Part shown: piece after piece, positions 1 to 8,646 of the stretch | How positions within the stretch are numbered: the first letter of the stretch is position 1 | Layout: every line of letters begins with the position of its first letter | Virus record (IMG/VR): IMGVR_UViG_3300012855_000001 | Span: 1,419-65,418 of that record | Direction: 5' to 3' (one strand) | Length of the DNA stretch: 64,000 bases | Origin: a virus | Taxonomy: Duplodnaviria > Caudoviricetes | Position numbers and translations under genes: made by a program | The notes under the pieces: model-generated | The model's input: the letters and a program-made list of their open reading frames with translations, nothing else | The model's database searches: none | What the model was told of the DNA's origin: nothing

Positions 1-2192
1 ATGACAGGGTGGATTTGCCCACTTACTTTGACAAAGACGATGGGCTGCCCACCTCAATAATTGGACGCTCGGCTCTGGGACATCTTACCCGGCACCCTAT
101 AACTGGCACCCCTACTGAGGGCCAGGTGCTAAAGGCTCAGAGCGGGGCTTTGGTTTGGGCAGATGACAACGATGGAGCGGGCCAGGTAAACGTTGACCTC
201 AACCTCCTCAGGGATACGTTGACACAAACCGGGCACGGGTATACACAAAGCCAGACTCCCCTGCCCTTTTTCGTTGACCAGTCAACGGGTGATTTGCTAC
301 CAGCCGTCAACGATTTTGACAGCACCACCCACGTTGGGTTTATCATTGAAGTGCTAAACACCAATGAGCTGGTGGTGGCGGCCGGAGGCGTACACTTTAA
401 GGCGGGCCACGGGTATGCAGTTGGAAAGGAATACTTTACAACTGGGACGGCTCACACCTATGCCACCCAGGCCCCGGCAAGTGAGATAAACGACTGGGTT
501 TGGAGCGTGTTGGATGCAGACCGTTTACTGCTCCATAATGTACGTCCATATAACCCATCCGCAGACAATGAAAACCCAGGCGGGCTTTGGTTTTGGGACG
601 GAGCTGTGGCTGAGTTTTTGCCAGCCTCTGACACGCTCGGTTTGTCGGGCAATGATGGCATTGAGCTGGAGGTTTTGAATGACTCCCTGGCAATAACTCT
701 GGACTTTACAAATCTGACAGCCACGGCTCCTGGCTCCAGTGACTTTTTGGTGTGGCAAGACCAGTCAACTGGGGTAATGTCAAAGGCTACAGTTTCCCAG
801 GTAACAGGGGGGCCGCAAACGCTCTCCATTGATCAAAGCACGGCTGTGTTGACAATAAGCGCAGGCAATAGCGTTGACTTATCTGAGGCTGTTGACGAGC
901 AAATAAACACGCTGTTGACGGCGGGGACAAATGTTACATTAAATTACAACGATGGAGCCAACACTCTCACTATAAGCAGCCCAGACGACCAGGCTCTCAG
1001 CCTAGTTGGCAACTCGCTCAGCCTCACAGACGGCGGCTCTGTTGACTTATCTGGATACCTGGACAACACAGACAGCCAAACGTTGACACTATCCAGCAAC
1101 ACCCTGAGCCTCACAAACGGTGGGAGTGTTGACCTGAGTGGCTATTTAGACAACACGGACAGCCAAACGTTGACACCTAACGCGGGCACAACATCCCTGA
1201 CCATTAGCGGGGGTAACTCAGTGAGCCTGGCAGAGCTGGTGGATGACAGAGTGGACGCTTTGCTGGTGGCCGGCACTGACATTGGCCTGTCTTACAACGA
1301 TGCGGGCAACACTCTCACTGTGAATTATACAGGCTCTAGTGGGGGAGACCCAGACCAGACGCTGAGCTTTAGCTCCCCAAACCTCACAATAAGTGGCACA
1401 GGGGGCAATACAGTAGATTTGAGCGCATTACAGGACGGCACTGGCACAGATGACCAAACGCTCACATTGAGTGGCAACACACTCAGCATAGAGAGTGGTA
1501 ACTCAGTGAGCCTGGCAGCGTATTTGGATAATACGGACAATCAAGACATAAGCCTGAGCACCAGTTTGTTTTTGTCGATCACAGGGGGCAGCGGTGAGGA
1601 CATAAGCGAGGATATAGAAGATCATTTGGGCCTGGACTTTTGGCAGGATGGCACCAACACAAATGTTGTGTACAACGATGGGGCGAACACTATCAGCATT
1701 GAGGTGACAGATGCCCCAGCTCATGCGTCTAGCCACATAACGGGTGGCTCTGACCAGGTAGACGGGGACAGGCTGGACATTGATTGGAACCCTAGCCATT
1801 ACACTCCAGCCACCACACCCTCTGAGGTCACCTCAAACGATAACCTGACAGCCCATTTGTATGGTATTGACCAGGAGCTGGAGGCCGTTGTGCCAGATAA
1901 TAACTCTAGCCAGTCCTCTGGCTCTATTGACTGGGGTAATGATTACCAAGGGTACCAGCCAATAAACATGACAGGTTTAAGCTCAATAACAATAAGTTTC
2001 TCAAATTCAGTGCCTGGGGGTGCTTACATTATCCGGTTTACCGGGGCAGACGATGGCGATACAGTTAACTGGCCCAGCTCTGTAAAGTACGAGAATGGCA
2101 CAGCAGTAGGCACTGACATTTTAAGCAGCGGCCGCAGGATGGTGCAATTGCTTTATGATGGAACTGATTATTTTGTACCAGGCGGCTATTAA
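1..2192 (+). CDS. Tail-fibre-like protein with about 29-aa TDxQTLSL...GGSVDLS repeats, probably 5'-truncated
   Basis: Frame is open from base 3 (track start is GTG at 9). Repeated DNTDSQTLTLSSNTLSLTNGGSVDLSGYL units, a HASSHITGGSD motif, and a C-terminal TVNWPSSVKY...YDGTDY domain typical of phage fibre tips. Confidence 0.75.
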   Translation, partial: DRVDLPTYFDKDDGLPTSIIGRSALGHLTRHPITGTPTEGQVLKAQSGALVWADDNDGAGQVNVDLNLLRDTLTQTGHGYTQSQTPLPFFVDQSTGDLLPAVNDFDSTTHVGFIIEVLNTNELVVAAGGVHFKAGHGYAVGKEYFTTGTAHTYATQAPASEINDWVWSVLDADRLLLHNVRPYNPSADNENPGGLWFWDGAVAEFLPASDTLGLSGNDGIELEVLNDSLAITLDFTNLTATAPGSSDFLVWQDQSTGVMSKATVSQVTGGPQTLSIDQSTAVLTISAGNSVDLSEAVDEQINTLLTAGTNVTLNYNDGANTLTISSPDDQALSLVGNSLSLTDGGSVDLSGYLDNTDSQTLTLSSNTLSLTNGGSVDLSGYLDNTDSQTLTPNAGTTSLTISGGNSVSLAELVDDRVDALLVAGTDIGLSYNDAGNTLTVNYTGSSGGDPDQTLSFSSPNLTISGTGGNTVDLSALQDGTGTDDQTLTLSGNTLSIESGNSVSLAAYLDNTDNQDISLSTSLFLSITGGSGEDISEDIEDHLGLDFWQDGTNTNVVYNDGANTISIEVTDAPAHASSHITGGSDQVDGDRLDIDWNPSHYTPATTPSEVTSNDNLTAHLYGIDQELEAVVPDNNSSQSSGSIDWGNDYQGYQPINMTGLSSITISFSNSVPGGAYIIRFTGADDGDTVNWPSSVKYENGTAVGTDILSSGRRMVQLLYDGTDYFVPGGY

Positions 2193-2204
2193 AAACCAGA
2201 CGCA

Positions 2205-3059
2205 ATGAGATTGATTTTAGCTTTTGTTTTTACGCTTTTTGTGCTGCCACTATTTGGGCAATATTACGCGCACGTATACACTCCGGCCGGCAGTAGTTAT
2301 GACCCAGATTTTCAGGCTGTGCTCGATGAGGCAACTAACCTGGGGTATACTTTACCCTCTGCCTCCCAGCAGGATGCCATGAACCAGTTTGTTATTGATG
2401 CCAAAGCCTCAGGATACTGGTCTGACCTTGATTATTTTGCAGTCCACGCACATGACGCGGATATAAATTTTTGTAGGATTAACTGGGTAAACCCAACAGA
2501 CACAAAGGCCACATTTACAGGGGTTGACCATGTGGATGACCAGGGGTGTGACTGTAGTGCCACGTCTGGGCGCATGGACTCAAATTGGCGGTTTACAGAT
2601 GGGCCGAATAATGTAAATAGCGATGTAGCGGCAGGGGTGTGGGTTGACTGGATAAATAGCGGGAGTACAACTTATTATTATTTAGGGGATGGCAGCTCCA
2701 CTAGCACATCAAATTTTACCAGATTTAGAGGTGGCCAGTTTGGCGTGACTGTTGGGATTACGAACAATTACAATGCGTTTTTGAGTGCTGGGCAGCAAAG
2801 CGAGGGTTTGTTTTCTGCCTTTACCTCTGGTGGGGTAACTGGTGCTAAGAAAGATAACACGATTTTGTTTAGCACTTCATCTTATACCCTGCTGACTTAC
2901 AACACAAACGATGTGTTTTTTATGTCCAGTTTTGGAGTCTCGAATGGGTGCCAAGTGGGCAGGGTTTACCGCATGGTTTACGCGGGAGCTTTAGGCTCAT
3001 CTGAGATAGATGACCTTTACACTGATTTTGATAACTATTTGACAACTGTTGGAATATGA
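2205..3059 (+). CDS. Putative lectin-like virion/fibre-tip protein with Sec signal peptide
   Basis: MRLILAFVFTLFVLPLFG|Q signal, then YDPDFQAVLDEA...MNQFVIDAKASGYW, resembling a domain common in phage tail proteins; beta-rich remainder. Confidence 0.6.
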   Translation: MRLILAFVFTLFVLPLFGQYYAHVYTPAGSSYDPDFQAVLDEATNLGYTLPSASQQDAMNQFVIDAKASGYWSDLDYFAVHAHDADINFCRINWVNPTDTKATFTGVDHVDDQGCDCSATSGRMDSNWRFTDGPNNVNSDVAAGVWVDWINSGSTTYYYLGDGSSTSTSNFTRFRGGQFGVTVGITNNYNAFLSAGQQSEGLFSAFTSGGVTGAKKDNTILFSTSSYTLLTYNTNDVFFMSSFGVSNGCQVGRVYRMVYAGALGSSEIDDLYTDFDNYLTTVGI

Positions 3060-5614
3060 GAAAGCTTATTTTAACTGTCCTGACTTTATTGACTGCTGCT
3101 CTGTGTATGGGGCAATCTGATAAGATCATAAACCAGGGAGGGGGAGCCACTCAGGAGTTGAGTTATGACTCTGCAACTGGGCAGATGAGTATTACAGATG
3201 CCCAGGGGGCAACCATTACGTTGATGACAGGGGCCAGCTCTAGCAGCGATGGGCAGCGGGGCCTGGTGCCTCAGCCATTATCTGGAGAGGAGGGCCTTTT
3301 TTTACGTGGGGATGGAACATGGGCCAACCCTACTGTTGGCGGTGATAACTGGGGCAGCCAGGTGGCTCAAAGTTCTGGTTTTGTAGGTGGCAACGGCACA
3401 GCAGCAAACCGTCTCCGGCTTGTTCAAAACGGAGCTACAGACGGCCAGGTAATTGCCTGGGACAACGGGCTGGGGGAATGGGATGCCAGGGCGCAACTAG
3501 ACAGCCAATTGCTCAGCCTGTCAGCAAACACGCTGGAGCTGACAAACGGCGGCTCCGTAGACTTATCTGGGTACCTGGATAACACGGACACCCAGGATTT
3601 AAGCCTGGCAGCCAACGTGCTAAGCCTCACAGACGGCGGCTCTGTTGACTTATCTGGGTACCTTGACAACACGGACACCCAGGATTTAAGCCTGGCAGGT
3701 ACCACCCTAAGCCTGACAAACGGCGGCTCAGTTGATTTGAGCGCATTACAAGACGGTACGGGTACGGATGACCAGGAACTCACTTTAACTGGCAACACGC
3801 TCAGTATAGAGGGAGGGAATAGTGTAAGCCTGGCAGCGTATTTGGACAACACGGACACCCAGGATTTGAGCCTGGCAGGCAGTGTGCTCAGTTTGACAAA
3901 CGGCGGCTCTGTTGATTTGAGCAGCCTGGGTGGTGGAGACCCAGACCAAACGCTGAGCTTTTCGGGCACGACTTTAAGCATAAGCGGAGGCAATAGCGTG
4001 AATTTATCCAGTCTCCTGGACAATACAGACACCCAGGATTTGAGCCTGTCAGGCAGCGTGTTAAGCCTCACCAACGGTGGGAGTGTTGACCTCAGTAATG
4101 TTGATGACTCAGACATCCAATTTATTTCCATTAACACGTCCGGCTCTTTTTTGCAGTTTAGCCTCACAGACGCAAACACTAGCAGTTTAAATTTATTTAC
4201 AGATGTCACAATGGGCGGGGGAGGTTCACAGCTCAACCCTCTGTATGTGGATACCACGTATATTGCCACCCAGTACGACCTCACAAACGCCACAGCATCT
4301 GCTAGTAATGGTTTGAGCATAGACTCTGGGAGTGGAGATGTTGTACTGGGCGGCCCTATGACTCAAAAGGCTGTCATTGAGATGGAAAACCAGGCTATCG
4401 AGTTCAACGCGGACAATAACGGATTTACTGATTTTGACGCGGTAAGTGATAGTATTTTTATACGGTTTATTGATGGCCGTGGCGTGGTGTACGGATTTGG
4501 TGTCAGCGATGGGAACCAGCCAGGGTATTTGCTTATGGACAGGGTGTATGGCTCAGATTACACAAAACTGATTGCATACAATGAGTCTGACAAAATCAAT
4601 GTAGGGGATTTGTCTAAAGAGCTGGAGCTGGTTGGTTTTGAGTATTACCTCAATAGTGGCTTTAGTGTTGATACATTAGCCGCTGGGACTGTTGACTATT
4701 TACTGGGTTTCAATAGCTCCACCGGGCAATTTGGGCCCACCACTCAACTCACAACAAATGGCGGCGGCAGCAGTGGCGGCGGCGCATTTTCAACCACAAA
4801 CAATGTCACCAGTAATGCCCCAGGCGATTACGCAAATGATGACTTTGTGTTTGGCTCTCCTCAGCTCGATGGCAACGGCACGAACAATAGACGCATGTTT
4901 TTTGATGTCAGCAAAGGCTCACTGTATGCAAACGAGGCAACGGGGACAGAGTACGATGACACAAACAGAGGTTTTAACGTGTTCAACGCGTCCCGCAACA
5001 GTATTACATCCGGCTATGCCTCAGCGGCAATGGGTGGACAAAACAACACAGTGGTGGGGGCTGGTTCTGCTGCTGTGGCGTGTAGTGGCTGCGATTTGCC
5101 AATGAATTACTCAGTAGGCATGGGCATAGGCCCGAAAGTTTTAGAACCTCAGAGCTTTGTACACGGCAACGGCTCGTTTGACTCTGGAGAGGTAGGGCAA
5201 AGGCAGTACACGCGGCTGGTTCTTTATGGCGATGGCACAGGCACCTCTCAGTTTAATGTGTATGCCAGTAATGTAAACGCGGTAAACGTCCCCACAGATC
5301 ACATTTGGACTGGTACCTGGTATTGCAGTTTGCTGGTAACAACAGGCGGCGGCATAGTTGACCAGGGGGATTACAACCCCATATTTGGAGATTTTTACGC
5401 ATACAACCGGGGCGGCACCATGCAGGTACAGTACAGTGTTAGTGGAGCCTCTAACGTGTGGGATGACCCAGATATGAGCAACTCGGATGTTGAGTTAAAC
5501 GCTGACAATGTAAACAAAGCGGTACAGGTCAGAGTCCAGCCTAGCACAGACGGGGACTCTAATATGGAAACCAGGTGTGTGTGTGTTCTGGAGTTCGTAC
5601 AAACAGCATATTGA
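3056..5614 (+). CDS. Tail-fibre/adhesin-like repeat protein with Sec signal peptide
   Basis: MRKLILTVLTLLTAALCMG|Q signal; fibre motif GLVPQP...FLRGDGTW; about 7 TDxQDLSL repeats; SNAPGDYANDDFVFGS motif and short YadA-head-like repeats (SAAMGGQNNTVVGAGSAAV). Confidence 0.75.
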   Translation: MRKLILTVLTLLTAALCMGQSDKIINQGGGATQELSYDSATGQMSITDAQGATITLMTGASSSSDGQRGLVPQPLSGEEGLFLRGDGTWANPTVGGDNWGSQVAQSSGFVGGNGTAANRLRLVQNGATDGQVIAWDNGLGEWDARAQLDSQLLSLSANTLELTNGGSVDLSGYLDNTDTQDLSLAANVLSLTDGGSVDLSGYLDNTDTQDLSLAGTTLSLTNGGSVDLSALQDGTGTDDQELTLTGNTLSIEGGNSVSLAAYLDNTDTQDLSLAGSVLSLTNGGSVDLSSLGGGDPDQTLSFSGTTLSISGGNSVNLSSLLDNTDTQDLSLSGSVLSLTNGGSVDLSNVDDSDIQFISINTSGSFLQFSLTDANTSSLNLFTDVTMGGGGSQLNPLYVDTTYIATQYDLTNATASASNGLSIDSGSGDVVLGGPMTQKAVIEMENQAIEFNADNNGFTDFDAVSDSIFIRFIDGRGVVYGFGVSDGNQPGYLLMDRVYGSDYTKLIAYNESDKINVGDLSKELELVGFEYYLNSGFSVDTLAAGTVDYLLGFNSSTGQFGPTTQLTTNGGGSSGGGAFSTTNNVTSNAPGDYANDDFVFGSPQLDGNGTNNRRMFFDVSKGSLYANEATGTEYDDTNRGFNVFNASRNSITSGYASAAMGGQNNTVVGAGSAAVACSGCDLPMNYSVGMGIGPKVLEPQSFVHGNGSFDSGEVGQRQYTRLVLYGDGTGTSQFNVYASNVNAVNVPTDHIWTGTWYCSLLVTTGGGIVDQGDYNPIFGDFYAYNRGGTMQVQYSVSGASNVWDDPDMSNSDVELNADNVNKAVQVRVQPSTDGDSNMETRCVCVLEFVQTAY

Positions 5615-5632
5615 TAAGTGGCTTTTTATTGT

Positions 5633-5640
5633 TATATTTG
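5633..5640 (+). promoter_or_regulatory. Bacteroidota -7 box (TATATTTG)
   Basis: Matches TAnnTTTG, 32 nt upstream of ATG 5673. Confidence 0.5.
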
Positions 5641-5672
5641 AGTTTGATTTTTCACAACCAAAACCACTGTAA

Positions 5673-6104
5673 ATGGATGCGACAAACGCGGGCAAATTGC
5701 CCATTAAAGATTTTAAAGACGTGCTCGTGCTGGCTATTATGGCAGCCATGTACGCAGACAATGAGCTGGGCGATGGCCTGGATTTTCCTGAGGATATTAT
5801 CTCAGCCATCAAGCTGTACCGGCCGGCACTGGATGCCTGGGAGGGCAAAGAGAACATTATCCCCCAGTACCTGGACATGGATGAGGAGGAGCGGGAGGAA
5901 ATTGATGCAGTCATTGCCTCCCTCGACTTGCGAGACGATGCAAAGGAGCGCACCATTGAGGGTGTGGCGGGCCACGCAATCAGCATTACCCAGCACATCC
6001 AGGGGATTGTCTCACTGATCAAAGACAGCCAAAAAGAACCTGGCAAGGTCAAAGGCAGCCCAGTGCTGGCTGTGCGTCAACTGAAAGCGGCAAAGGTAGC
6101 CTAA
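5673..6104 (+). CDS. Hypothetical acidic helical phage protein
   Basis: 143-aa ORF with A/C-rich leader and a downstream terminator. Confidence 0.7.
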   Translation: MDATNAGKLPIKDFKDVLVLAIMAAMYADNELGDGLDFPEDIISAIKLYRPALDAWEGKENIIPQYLDMDEEEREEIDAVIASLDLRDDAKERTIEGVAGHAISITQHIQGIVSLIKDSQKEPGKVKGSPVLAVRQLKAAKVA

Positions 6105-6151
6105 AGACAAGTACCGCAGGTTGGGAACCTGCCCTTTCTAATCGGAGAGGT

Positions 6152-6190
6152 AAGCCTCCCCCCTAAAAAGTTAGGCTGGGAGGCTTTTTT
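6152..6190 (+). terminator. Intrinsic terminator
   Basis: AAGCCTCCC...GGGAGGCTT followed by a T tract. Confidence 0.8.
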
Positions 6191-6218
6191 ATACCAGGTG
6201 ATTTGCTTATATTGTGAT

Positions 6219-6280
6219 CAACATGAGATTATGATTTGTTACGCCAGAGGCTTTGGTTGATTCCAGAGCCTCTTTTTATT
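6219..6280 (+). ncRNA. Candidate small RNA A
   Basis: TATATTGT box at 6208-6215, then about 60 nt ending in hairpin AGAGGCTTTGG/CCAGAGCCTCT plus T tract; no credible ORF. Confidence 0.35.
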
Positions 6281-6313
6281 TGCACGTCCTGTTTTCTTTG
6301 CATACCTTTACAG

Positions 6314-6403
6314 CCTCACCGCTGACAACTTCAGTGGTTTGTGGTAAAAGCCAGCGGCTCTGCATTTTATTTGCAGGGCCGTTGCTTGTTAAGGCTTTTT
6401 TTT
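6314..6403 (+). ncRNA. Candidate small RNA B, antisense to the ACCACAAACCA gene leader
   Basis: Promoter TTTG(6279-82)-N20-TACCTTTA(6303-10); hairpin 6318-6338; TGGTTTGTGGT at 6335-6345; 13-bp hairpin 6352-6384; T8 tract 6396-6403. Confidence 0.6.
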
Positions 6404-6415
6404 ATACCTTTGAGA

Positions 6416-6490
6416 CCGTTGAGAGACGGGTGACCGTTTACGAATGCAAAAAACGTCCATAAGGCCAGCCTGCAAAGCTGGTCTTTTTTT
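6416..6490 (+). ncRNA. Candidate small RNA C
   Basis: TACCTTTG at 6405-6412, then about 75 nt ending in AGGCCAGC/GCTGGTCT hairpin plus T7. Confidence 0.4.
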
Positions 6491-6553
6491 ATTGCTGGGA
6501 ATTTTATATATTTACCGCTGGACATTTTTTTGCAACCACAAACCATTTTTCTC

Positions 6554-7684
6554 ATGGTATTCAATCTCAACATTGACCAGGAGTTTTGCCTGGCTCTAGG
6601 CCTCAAACCCACAAACGCTGAGGCATACGTTTTATCCTACCTTACAAAGGCAGCCACCTGGGCAGAGCCTATACAGATCAAAAAGCAAACATGGTATTTT
6701 GTCTCCCGCACAAAGGTAGTGGCTGACCTGCCGTGGATAAGCAGGAAACCAGACACCATTTACAGGTACTTTACTGCCCTGGCAGATAAAAACCTCATCG
6801 AGTACCAAAAAATGGGCAAATACGATTGCATAAGGCTGGAGGAGGTTTGCCAGTTTTGGGGCAAAGCTAAAGGGGAGGAGTTCCTCGGACACTTATCCGA
6901 GCACTCGGACAGGTATCCGGGCGCACTCGGACAGGTATCCGAATTTTACTCGGACAGGTATCCGACATACTATAGTATTATATTAGATAATAGTATTAAA
7001 GATACTAAAGGGGATTTTCCAAAATCCCCACCCACTCAACCTGAGGCTGGGAAAAGTAAAAAAGCAGCCATTCCAGAGGACGTGGCAAAGCTCCTGGAGG
7101 ACAGTGGGGACAAACAGCATAAGCTCTGGACTCGGTTGACCCAGAAAACGCGGAAGTATATACCCCAGGTGCTGGAGGTGGTGAGTTATTACAACGAGAT
7201 CACTGGTACCAGCACAAAGCCATACACGGTGGGGGTATATGACAACGTGGTGCGGTGGCTTAAAGAGGGCCACACCCTGGAGGACTTTAAAGATGTGCTG
7301 AATTACAAATACTGGTACTTTACGGAAAAGATGCCAGAACCCTCCAACATCAACCTGGAGACCTGGCTGAGGCCCAAACGCTTTGAGGGTAACCTAGAGC
7401 GGGCAAAGGTCTGGAAACAACAGGAGGCTCCTGTTGATTTATCAAAAGCCACAAACGAGTCATACATCAATTTTGTGCAGTATGTGAGCAAGTCCGAGCT
7501 AGATTTACAGCGGTTTATACCAACGGAGGCACAGTACGTGGATTACCTGGAGCGTAACTCAGGCAACCAGGCAGGAGCCAAAAGCAGGCTAGTGGCAGCT
7601 CTCAACAAACTGGTGCAAGACCCCAGAAAGTACAGCCACACAAACCTCATAGACCTGGCAGAGGGTGCCAAACAGTTTGCGTAA
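6554..7684 (+). CDS. Replication initiator (lambda O-like; N-terminal winged helix plus conserved phage C-terminal domain)
   Basis: WYFVSRTKVVADLP...KPDTIYRYF N-terminus; YYNEITG...RWLKEGHTLEDFKDVL...RFEGNL C-terminal motif; internal iterons. ATG 6554 chosen because it follows the leader motif. Confidence 0.8.
   Translation: MVFNLNIDQEFCLALGLKPTNAEAYVLSYLTKAATWAEPIQIKKQTWYFVSRTKVVADLPWISRKPDTIYRYFTALADKNLIEYQKMGKYDCIRLEEVCQFWGKAKGEEFLGHLSEHSDRYPGALGQVSEFYSDRYPTYYSIILDNSIKDTKGDFPKSPPTQPEAGKSKKAAIPEDVAKLLEDSGDKQHKLWTRLTQKTRKYIPQVLEVVSYYNEITGTSTKPYTVGVYDNVVRWLKEGHTLEDFKDVLNYKYWYFTEKMPEPSNINLETWLRPKRFEGNLERAKVWKQQEAPVDLSKATNESYINFVQYVSKSELDLQRFIPTEAQYVDYLERNSGNQAGAKSRLVAALNKLVQDPRKYSHTNLIDLAEGAKQFA
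6884..7010. repeat. Iteron-type replication origin
   Basis: Four CTCGGACAGGTATCCG-like repeats at 6884, 6904, 6926 and 6949, each a TCGGA-N6-TCCG(A) dyad, followed by an AT-rich tract at 6971-7010. Confidence 0.8.
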
Positions 7685-7734
7685 TTGCAAATATTTTGGT
7701 ATCTTTGCCTTATTAACAACCACAAACCACAACC

Positions 7735-8646
7735 ATGAAAGAGACATTTAAGCCTCTGGCCATGCGGCCAGATACAGAGCAGTACCTCCACCGTGTTAAC
7801 TCGATTTTAGAGGAGTTTGCCGCTGACGGGTATACGCTCACCCTCCGGCAATTGTACTACCAACTGGTGGGCCGGGATGAGATAGCAAACTCAACATCCA
7901 GCTATAACAAGTTAGGCCGGGTAATTGCCTCAGGCCGGCTGGCTGGACTCATTGACTGGGAGCACATAGAGGACAGGCTCAGGGTGGTCTCAAAGACAAC
8001 TACCTGGGACTCTCCCAAACAAATCCTGGAGGCAGCAGCCAGGCAATTTAAGTACGACAGGCTCCAGGGCCAACAGAATTACCTGGAGGTTTGGGTGGAA
8101 AAGGACGCACTCTCCCAGGTAGTTGAGCGGGCTGCCCAGCCCTACCAGGTGCCCGTAATGGTCAATAGGGGCTATGGCTCCGTGTCGGCCATGTATGAGG
8201 CATACAGGCGTTTTGAGCGGGAGATGGGCCAGGGCAAAGAGCGTTGTTTTATCCTTTACCTCGGAGACCATGACCCCAGTGGGCTGGATATGGTCAGGGA
8301 TATTGAGGACAGAGTTGGGGGCATGTTGGACTCTGGTGAGTATTCAGCGGGCAGCTCTGACCGTTTGCAGGTTGTCCACATAGCTCTCACAATGGAGCAA
8401 ATAAAACGATATAGCCCACCACCAAACCCGGCAAAGATTACAGACTCCAGAGCTGGGGAGTACATCAAACGGCATGGGATGAAATCCTGGGAGGTTGACG
8501 CATTGCCTCCCAAAACGCTCGTTAAGCTTATTACAGAGCACCTGGAGCAGCACCTGGATGTTGAGCTGTATAACTCGATAAAAGCAAAGGAGGAGGCTGT
8601 CAGGGGCCGTGCACTCGATTACATAAACGATTTTGAGGATGAGTAA
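7735..8646 (+). CDS. Topoisomerase VI A / Spo11-like protein (Mini-A type)
   Basis: TLRQLYYQL (WHD Tyr), VWVEKDAL, and LGDHDPSG TOPRIM DxD motifs. Confidence 0.8.
   Translation: MKETFKPLAMRPDTEQYLHRVNSILEEFAADGYTLTLRQLYYQLVGRDEIANSTSSYNKLGRVIASGRLAGLIDWEHIEDRLRVVSKTTTWDSPKQILEAAARQFKYDRLQGQQNYLEVWVEKDALSQVVERAAQPYQVPVMVNRGYGSVSAMYEAYRRFEREMGQGKERCFILYLGDHDPSGLDMVRDIEDRVGGMLDSGEYSAGSSDRLQVVHIALTMEQIKRYSPPPNPAKITDSRAGEYIKRHGMKSWEVDALPPKTLVKLITEHLEQHLDVELYNSIKAKEEAVRGRALDYINDFEDE

Noticed and set aside
3424-4320. 298-aa minus-strand ORF and other long minus-strand ORFs
   Set aside because: Antisense shadows of repetitive or biased + strand genes; no leaders, promoters or recognisable motifs.
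1-5614. Diversity-generating retroelement acting on fibre tips
   Set aside because: No reverse transcriptase, and no template/variable repeat pair differing only at adenines; the repeats are shaft units.
6105-6150. tRNA-like fragment (GCAGG-7 nt-CCTGC T-arm-like hairpin next to TTTCTAA)
   Set aside because: No acceptor stem or D arm can be built on either strand, and the loop is not TTCRANY.
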